NCBI GenBank assembly: GCA_913020725.1
Contig: CAJWCD010000100.1
Coordinates: forward strand, 1 to 13,944
Direction: 5' to 3'
DNA: 13,944 nt
Origin: an uncultured Pseudomonadota bacterium
GTDB taxonomy: Bacteria; SAR324; NAC60-12
In this document: piece by piece, positions 7,998 through 13,944 of the stretch
Position numbering within the stretch: position 1 is the first letter of the stretch
Layout of the letters: each line of letters opens with the position of its first letter
Notes under the pieces: model-generated
What the model saw: only the letters and a program-made list of their open reading frames with translations
Told to the model about the DNA's origin: nothing
Database searches by the model: none
Position numbers and translations under genes: made by a program

Positions 7998-8519
7998 CTA
8001 CATGCTGGGCGAAGCAACAGCCCCCATGCGCTTGATACGCTCCTCCGGAGGGATGACCTCCGTGAGCTGCGCCCCGAATTTTTCGTTGATGACCACGACC
8101 TTGCCGTGGGCGATGAGCTTGCCGTTGACGAAGAGGTCCAAGTCCTCGCCCACGAGTCGGTGCAGTTCCAGCACAGACCCCTGACCGAGCGAGAGCAAAT
8201 CGCCGATCTTGAGCTTGGCGCGTCCTACCTCAAAGGTGAGCGTGAGCGGCATTTCCATGAGAAACTCCACGCCCATGCCCTCCGCCGCCGCCTCTTCGCT
8301 GCCGACTTCCATCGGAACCGACGAAGCCTCATCGAGCATTTCGTCCAAATCGCCAGCGTCGCCACCATCCCCAACGGCATCATCGCCGCCTGCGGTGACC
8401 AAATCGGCAAGCCCACCCCCATCATCATCGCTGACGGAATCTTCCGATTCGTTCACGAGCGCATCCAGATCCGCTTCGGCGTCTCCGTTGTCTGCCTGAA
8501 TTTCTTCTTCCTCTGCCAT
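7998..8519 (-). CDS. fliN: Flagellar motor switch protein FliN (SpoA domain) with acidic N-terminal extension
   Basis: MPLTLTFEVGRAKLKIGDLLSLGQGSVLELHRLVGEDLDLFVNGKLIAHGKVVVINEKFGAQLTEV. AAGGAG RBS before GTG 8522/ATG 8519. Confidence 0.88.
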   Translation of the reverse strand: MAEEEEIQADNGDAEADLDALVNESEDSVSDDDGGGLADLVTAGGDDAVGDGGDAGDLDEMLDEASSVPMEVGSEEAAAEGMGVEFLMEMPLTLTFEVGRAKLKIGDLLSLGQGSVLELHRLVGEDLDLFVNGKLIAHGKVVVINEKFGAQLTEVIPPEERIKRMGAVASPSM

Positions 8520-8532
8520 CACTTCTCCTTCG

Positions 8533-9480
8533 TCATGCCCGCAGGGGGGCGTTCAACTGCCGTGATTTCGTTAGCACCCAACCACTGCGCTCTTCGGGTT
8601 CGTCAAGCGCGTCGCAGCCTCCGGGGCCAGCGACGGTTTTGTGGTGCAGCACCAGTTCCAAATGCTGGAACATTTCGGGTTGCTCTGCTGTGCGGTAGGC
8701 GACGGTAAACTGCCGCTGGCTTCCGTTTTCCTCAAGCGACTCCAACCGTGATTCCAAAATTGTTCCGGAATTGGAAACCGCATGGTGCAGCCACGCTTCT
8801 GCGAGTTGCTCCGCATCCATCCGGAAGACATTGCCCCGGTAAGTTTTTGGATGCACTCGCTGCTGCGTCCAAGCGTCCAGCAAGGCCGGAACCTGCTCCG
8901 ATGTCACATGCCCGTGAGCCTCGCCCGAAGGCAGGTGAACCAAAGTCGGTGCAAAGCGGTGTCCGCCCAGATGACTGCTCTGCCAGAGGTTGAGCGACAA
9001 ACCACGATTTTCGATCCCTCGCTGGAATTGTGCGTACAACGCCTGACCAAACTTTGCGCAGCATTTATCATGCCGACCGTGTGTGCAGACCATCACCTCC
9101 GGAATTCCCTGCACACGGGGTGAGTGCTGCTGGCCCTTTCCCGCAAAGTGATCCTCCAACACGGTTTTGAGTTGATCCGGGGCAATGTCTTCATAAACCA
9201 AACCGTCCGGATAAACGTGCAATGAGCAACACTCTGCCGTCATTCCGGGTTGGCTGATCAACCGTAGGACGATTTTGCCATGCTCGACGCTCTGTGATTT
9301 CATCCAGCGCTTCAGGCCTTGCGGAAACCCGCCTCCGGATACCAACGCCTCGTACTTCCAGAAGCGTTTAGGCCAAGTGATGAAGATCAGATGCTGGGCT
9401 TGAGAAGCCGTTCCGGAAAGCGGTTCAGCGAGCTTTTTGGAGATGAGGCTGCAATACTCAATGGTCATGGTGTTGGTCAT
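8533..9480 (-). CDS. Sucrase/ferredoxin-like (Apd1/Aim32-type thioredoxin-like [2Fe-2S]) protein
   Basis: CTHGRHDKCC and SSHLGGHRFAP give the C-x8-C...H-x-G-G-H motif. N-terminal CS...EPLSGTA. Confidence 0.88.
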   Translation of the reverse strand: MTNTMTIEYCSLISKKLAEPLSGTASQAQHLIFITWPKRFWKYEALVSGGGFPQGLKRWMKSQSVEHGKIVLRLISQPGMTAECCSLHVYPDGLVYEDIAPDQLKTVLEDHFAGKGQQHSPRVQGIPEVMVCTHGRHDKCCAKFGQALYAQFQRGIENRGLSLNLWQSSHLGGHRFAPTLVHLPSGEAHGHVTSEQVPALLDAWTQQRVHPKTYRGNVFRMDAEQLAEAWLHHAVSNSGTILESRLESLEENGSQRQFTVAYRTAEQPEMFQHLELVLHHKTVAGPGGCDALDEPEERSGWVLTKSRQLNAPLRA

Positions 9481-9558
9481 GCAAGAACTGGTTCAGGTTT
9501 GCTTTTCCTGCGAATGCTCCATTTTGAGGGAAACGAAAAACGAAGCAAGGCATCCCGG

Positions 9559-9975
9559 ATGTTCCGTCACCTCACTCTCACCCTTTCCCTGCTCGCCCTC
9601 GCAACCTGCGCGTCGGGGGCAGATTATTTCCAGTGGATTCTTGAAGTGTTTCCGGAAGGGGTGTACCGGAATTCAGAACGCCAACAGGTGGACGAAAACA
9701 CAGAGTTTCAAGCGCGGGGTTGGGTTTGCACAGTGGAAAACGCTTGGCAGAGCAACGGGGCATGGCTACTGCTGGAAGGCAAGTCGCTGATCTGCCGCAA
9801 GTCTGGGGGAAGTGTCGAAAAACGCCTCGATCTGGTCTGCACCGATCACGACCCCACAATCCGGAAACGTTCCCGCCCCGTGCAACGCGCCGGACTCCAC
9901 CTCGACGAAACCCGTCCGGAAAGCGCCCCCTTCCTGCGGCTGGGCTGCCAGACCGTGGTGCGGCGTTTGTACTGA
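9559..9975 (+). CDS. Hypothetical secreted protein (138 aa)
   Basis: MFRHLTLTLSLLALATCASGA resembles a signal peptide. Four Cys in the mature part. Divergent from the ferredoxin gene; the ORF-track upstream extension overlaps that gene. Confidence 0.6.
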   Translation: MFRHLTLTLSLLALATCASGADYFQWILEVFPEGVYRNSERQQVDENTEFQARGWVCTVENAWQSNGAWLLLEGKSLICRKSGGSVEKRLDLVCTDHDPTIRKRSRPVQRAGLHLDETRPESAPFLRLGCQTVVRRLY

Positions 9976-10020
9976 TCGGGGGGGGTTACAATCACAGTGA
10001 CCAAATGCAGACTGCCCAGT

Positions 10021-10135
10021 CTCGCTTTTTCACGACGGGATGACGACCTCGGTTCCAAGTGCTTGCATCTTTTCGATAAAGCTGTCAGAGTCATACACCT
10101 TATCCTCGATCACCTTCTCAGAGTTGAAGCTTCCA
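10021..10135 (-). mobile_element. IS5-family transposase remnant
   Basis: The minus frame 10116-10021 reads KVIEDKVYDSDSFIEKMQALGTEVVIPS*KSE, resembling the IS5 (V/L)IADKGYDSD...G.EAVIPxRKNR DDE segment. Internal stop at 10032-10030; no start and no intact ends. Confidence 0.65.
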
Positions 10136-10136
10136 G

Positions 10137-10305
10137 GTAGTGCCCCGGTCCGGCAACGGAACGCCTGTGTGCCCAGTTCATAGTACGACTTCCAAGAACA
10201 GGTGGTTCTCCCCCGCCATCACCCTCGGAACATCCTGCCTGCCCGGAAACAGGCAGGGATGCGCCCCCGCTGATCGTTGTGCAAAAACGATCTCAACGGG
10301 GATAC
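10137..10305 (+). other. Unidentified GC-rich structured element (candidate ncRNA or mobile-element end)
   Basis: Four hairpins in about 170 nt: 10149-10160, 10195-10209, 10231-10261 and 10265-10301. No credible coding frame. Confidence 0.4.
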
Positions 10306-10326
10306 TCATTTTTCAGTTATAAAATT

Positions 10327-11139
10327 ATGACGAAAAAATCAAATAATCTACACCATTCTATTTCTCTGGAGTGGAAATATCCAAACCTAGCAAAGCCAGA
10401 ATGCGATGGCGGTTATTGCTATCTTTTTCAACGGCGTATTTCATGTTATTTCAGCATTTATTTCATGAAACTTGGATTATCACCATCTCAGGCTACTTTG
10501 GTGGATTTTATTTTCGGTTGTCTGGCTGCTTTAGTTCTGGTTTTTCAATATTACCTGCTTGCTGTTATTTTTATCTGGTTTTTTGGTATTTGGTCTTGTG
10601 TGGATGGTGAAATAGCTCGTTTATCAGACAAATGCAGCCTGTTCGGTGATTTTTTCGACACCATGACCGATAGAGTCATTGAAGTCTCAGTAATCATCGC
10701 TTTTTATTGGTCGATTTATTCTGTTGACAGTCAAGTAGATAAATACCTTTCTCTTGCCTTCATCGTCTATTTGGGTGGAGTCTACTTATTGGCCGTTTCT
10801 TCAGAAAAATATCGCTCCACGGGTCGGGGTAACTATCCAAAAAAGAAAATGGAACCCTTATTCTCTTGGGTGTCTGCAGGCAGTGACATTAGGTTACTTT
10901 GGCTAAGCATTGCAATTTTTGTTTTTTGGATGACAGAAAATCAAAAAATCATAACTATTCAGATAGGCGCTCTTTCAGTAATTTTCTTTATTAATTTCAT
11001 TGTTCGTATGTTCAAGATAAATAACCTCCTTTCGTTAAATACGACTTCTCCTTTACAGGTCATAACCTCCGCCATAAACCCCATTAAAAATGATCTTAAA
11101 ATAATGAAAATCGCTCAAGTAAATCTAATAAACGATTAG
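10327..11139 (+). CDS. CDP-alcohol phosphotransferase family membrane protein (DIPP-synthase-like N-terminus)
   Basis: SCVDGEIARLSDKCSLFGDFFDTMTDR fits the DxxDGxxAR...GxxxDxxxD signature with D1 replaced by S. Also KPECDG..FQRRIS, LSPSQAT and several hydrophobic helices. Confidence 0.88.
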   Translation: MTKKSNNLHHSISLEWKYPNLAKPECDGGYCYLFQRRISCYFSIYFMKLGLSPSQATLVDFIFGCLAALVLVFQYYLLAVIFIWFFGIWSCVDGEIARLSDKCSLFGDFFDTMTDRVIEVSVIIAFYWSIYSVDSQVDKYLSLAFIVYLGGVYLLAVSSEKYRSTGRGNYPKKKMEPLFSWVSAGSDIRLLWLSIAIFVFWMTENQKIITIQIGALSVIFFINFIVRMFKINNLLSLNTTSPLQVITSAINPIKNDLKIMKIAQVNLIND

Positions 11140-11271
11140 TATAAAAATGCAAATTTCCTCACCTCAACTGCTTTCAATTTTTACTAAAAATCAAAAGTAC
11201 ACTCAATTTAAATCCAGTTCTTCCATGACATCAAGCACCCCTACTGTATCGGATCAGAACAGCGGGTGCAA

Positions 11272-11955
11272 ATGACGACATCATGTTTGCATTACTTTAG
11301 CGAGATTGGATTCTTAAAAGAAAAACCAATTGCTTTAAAACTACTCAAAAATGTCTCAGAAATTCTGTCTGCGGATAACGTTGCTTATTGTTTAATGTTC
11401 GGAACTTTATTGGGAAAACTTCGGCATGATGATTTTATTCCTTGGGATGATGACATTGACATCATTATTTTTGATGTTGAAAAATTTGAATCACTTTGCA
11501 TTAAGAAACTTAAAAAAATCGGCTACACCACTTTAATCGACCGACGACTCATCAAAAACTCAGATTCTTCTTCCTCTGAAGAAAAATGGTTACATTGCGG
11601 TTATCGAATATACCCGGATGATGGGTTTCCGATCCCAGGACAAAAATGGAAATTCCCTTGGGTTGGTGTTTGGGAACCCGCATATACAGGGGATGACTTT
11701 ACCTTAGCGCCAGAAAAAAATATCTATCAAAAATCAAATTTCTTTCCGCTGCAAACAGTTCAATTTCAAGGATTTCCAGTTTTGATTCCAGTTGATTCGC
11801 CTAAAGTTCTCACTAGTTATTTCAAGACAGATAATTGGATGGAATTCTGTGTCCCGCCAGATTTAAATCATAGAGAATACAAAAAAACTCATGCTCCTCT
11901 CTCTTATTTACCAGTAGCGGAGGTGATGGCGTATTTAAGTGATCTTGAAACTTAA
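11272..11955 (+). CDS. LicD/fukutin-family phosphotransferase
   Basis: YCLMFGTLLGKLRHDDFIPWDDDIDII plus C-terminal FFPLQTVQFQGFPVLIP and YFKTDNWM. Start GTG 11266 or ATG 11272. Confidence 0.88.
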   Translation: MTTSCLHYFSEIGFLKEKPIALKLLKNVSEILSADNVAYCLMFGTLLGKLRHDDFIPWDDDIDIIIFDVEKFESLCIKKLKKIGYTTLIDRRLIKNSDSSSSEEKWLHCGYRIYPDDGFPIPGQKWKFPWVGVWEPAYTGDDFTLAPEKNIYQKSNFFPLQTVQFQGFPVLIPVDSPKVLTSYFKTDNWMEFCVPPDLNHREYKKTHAPLSYLPVAEVMAYLSDLET

Positions 11956-11989
11956 AAATCAGACTACCGAGGTGTGAATACCTTTTTAT

Positions 11990-12697
11990 ATGTTCTATCC
12001 TTCGATCCAAAATTTTCTATCGACTATTCAGGAAAGTTGTCTTTTATTAGCTAGGCACGGAGAAACCGACTGGAATAGCTTGGGATTGGTGCAAGGACAA
12101 CAAGATCGACCTCTGAGCCCCATGGGATATCAACAAAGAAAGAATCTTTTCTTTCGATTGTTTTCCGTTCCGCTACATCATATTTTCACCAGCAGTCTCC
12201 AACGCACAATCCAAACAGCGCTTCCTGTCAGTGAGGAAAAAGGCATCGAACTTGAAAAAATAGTTTCTTTCAACGAAGCTAAACTTGGAGTATTCGAAGG
12301 TGAAAATAAACTCAATTTTTCTGACTCATTTTCTAAAAATATATACAATACTTTTCTCCATGATGAAATCAATATAGCACTTCCCGGTGGGGGTGAAAAT
12401 TTAAAGATGGTGCATGAGCGTATTAAAAAACCTTTAAAAAAAGTTCTGCATGCCACTAAAAAAGGAAATGTGCTTTTAATTGCACATCGTAATGTCAATA
12501 AAATGATCCTTAAAAATTTATTAGGATTAACTTTTGAAGAAGGATACTGTATTGAGCATAAAAACGATTGGTTGTACATCTTTTTTCCTACTTCAACTCA
12601 GTTGTTTCTTGTAAAAATAAATGGACCAATAGGAACCATTGAGATCATTCCTGGGTACGAGACCATTGATTCAAAAAAATCTGATTTCAAGCGATAA
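11990..12697 (+). CDS. Histidine phosphatase (phosphoglycerate mutase-like) family protein
   Basis: LLARHGETDWN, QGQQDRPLS, SSLQRTIQTA, GGEN and LLIAH. Confidence 0.92.
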   Translation: MFYPSIQNFLSTIQESCLLLARHGETDWNSLGLVQGQQDRPLSPMGYQQRKNLFFRLFSVPLHHIFTSSLQRTIQTALPVSEEKGIELEKIVSFNEAKLGVFEGENKLNFSDSFSKNIYNTFLHDEINIALPGGGENLKMVHERIKKPLKKVLHATKKGNVLLIAHRNVNKMILKNLLGLTFEEGYCIEHKNDWLYIFFPTSTQLFLVKINGPIGTIEIIPGYETIDSKKSDFKR

Positions 12698-12819
12698 CAA
12701 ATGCGTCCAGTGAACCGTTATCGTGTTCACTGATGCTGACGTTGATTGAAATAAACCCAGCCAAACCCATTGTCAAATTTCCCTGTTGATGATTTTGTGA
12801 ACTGTTTGCATGAATTGAG

Positions 12820-13944
12820 ATGAGAATTCTGGTGATCGGTGGCGGCGGACGTGAACACGCCTTGGTTTGGAAACTGAAACAAAGTTCCCACGCCACCCAG
12901 CTTTTTTGTGCGCCGGGTAATCCCGGCATTGCAGAACTTGCCGAGTGCGTTCCCATCGCAGCCAACGCGATTGCAGAACTCGCCGACTTTGCGGAATCCC
13001 AACACATCGCCCTCACGGTGGTTGGTCCAGAAGACCCGCTCACGCAGGGAATTGTTGAGCAGTTTTGGGAGCGCGGCTTACGGATTTTCGGTCCCAATCA
13101 GGCCGCCGCCCAACTAGAGGGCAGTAAAGCCTTCGCCAAGTCGTTGATGGCAAAATGCGGCATCCCCACTGCTGGTTACGCTGAATTCGATGATTACGAA
13201 AAAGCCCTCCAATACGTCCGGAAGCAAGGTGTTCCCATCGTGATTAAAGCCGATGGTCTGGCCGCAGGCAAGGGAGTGACGGTCGCTCAAAGCCTTGACG
13301 AAGCCGAAGGAGCGCTGACCGCCGCAATGCAGCACAAAGTATTCGGGGCAGCCGGAACACGGGTGATCGTCGAAGAGTTCATGATCGGCGAGGAGATGAC
13401 CGTGCTGGCGTTCAGCGATGGCCACACCGTCAAGCCGATGATCCCCTCGCAGGACCACAAACCCATCTTTGATGGAGATCGTGGTCCCAACACTGGGGGC
13501 ATGGGGGCTTATGCGCCGGTGCCGCACCTTCAGCGCTATCTCCCGGAAATCCAGTCGCGCATTCTGGAACCGATGGTGGCGGCGCTCCAAGACGAAGGCA
13601 TCGTCTATCAGGGAGTGCTGTATGCAGGATTGATGATCACCACAGAAGGACCGAAGGTCGTTGAGTTCAATGTACGCTTTGGCGATCCGGAAGCGCAGGC
13701 TGTCTTGCCCCTGCTGCAAACAGACCTCATCGAAATCATTGACGCAATTCTCGATCAGCGTCTGGACACTCTCGATTTACAGTGGAGTCAGAACGCTTGC
13801 CTCTGTGTGGTCGCCGCCGCCGAGGGCTATCCCGGCCCCCCCATCAAAGGCACGCCCATCGGTTTGCCAAAAACCACCGGAAGCACACTCCAGATTTTCC
13901 ACGCTGGAACTGCCGAGTATGACGGACAACTCGTCGCCAACGGC
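12820..13944 (+). CDS. purD: Phosphoribosylamine--glycine ligase (partial, runs off the window; absent from the ORF track)
   Basis: Manual translation gives MRILVIGGGGREHALVWKL, CAPGNPGIA, VVGPEDPL, LEGSKAFAK, VIKADGLAAGKGV, QDHK, GPNTGGMGAY and VEFNVRFGDPEAQ. Confidence 0.97.
   Translation, partial: MRILVIGGGGREHALVWKLKQSSHATQLFCAPGNPGIAELAECVPIAANAIAELADFAESQHIALTVVGPEDPLTQGIVEQFWERGLRIFGPNQAAAQLEGSKAFAKSLMAKCGIPTAGYAEFDDYEKALQYVRKQGVPIVIKADGLAAGKGVTVAQSLDEAEGALTAAMQHKVFGAAGTRVIVEEFMIGEEMTVLAFSDGHTVKPMIPSQDHKPIFDGDRGPNTGGMGAYAPVPHLQRYLPEIQSRILEPMVAALQDEGIVYQGVLYAGLMITTEGPKVVEFNVRFGDPEAQAVLPLLQTDLIEIIDAILDQRLDTLDLQWSQNACLCVVAAAEGYPGPPIKGTPIGLPKTTGSTLQIFHAGTAEYDGQLVANG

Noticed and set aside
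9978..9985. G8 tract as a phase-variation site
   Set aside because: Intergenic, just after a stop codon, short, and not in an evident promoter.
10030..10032. Second possible Sec codon (minus-strand TGA)
   Set aside because: It lies in a transposase remnant at a position usually Arg/Lys, with no redox motif. An ordinary nonsense mutation is more likely.
10137..10305. ZTP or cobalamin riboswitch, SRP RNA, 6S RNA, tRNA-Sec or hammerhead/HDV ribozyme
   Set aside because: Only short fragments resemble these (GAACAGGTGG, GCCCCCGC, GGTCCGGCAACGGA). The required cores and their order are missing.
11137..11271. CDP-alcohol transferase-LicD fusion by read-through (same frame)
   Set aside because: Three in-frame stops (TAG, TAA, TAA) separate them.
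1..13944. CRISPR array, tRNA/rRNA genes, integron attC sites
   Set aside because: No regularly spaced direct repeats, cloverleaf motifs or attC core sites were seen.

Overview
GC-rich bacterial chromosomal segment with an AT-rich insert. On the + strand (205-4138) is a tightly packed four-gene unit: a cysteine/thiol dioxygenase-like cupin, a four-domain rhodanese, an aldo-keto reductase and a GrdB/PrdB-family protein. The ORF track splits the last gene in two, but it reads as one selenoprotein: an in-frame TGA at 3761 gives U-P-V-C (UxxC) and is followed directly by a bacterial SECIS-like hairpin. A convergent - strand run follows: TcuA-like flavoprotein, a small DUF1640-tail membrane peptide that reads through a GTAG-type REP doublet, a BesD/HalD-like Fe/2OG oxygenase with an HxD site, queA, an orphan fliN and a sucrase/ferredoxin-like (Apd1/Aim32-type) protein. 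Next come a secreted hypothetical protein, an IS5-family transposase scrap, an unidentified hairpin-rich 170-nt element, an AT-rich cassette (CDP-alcohol phosphotransferase, LicD, histidine phosphatase) and the 5' part of purD, which runs off the window. All calls come from motif recognition by eye; no searches were run.
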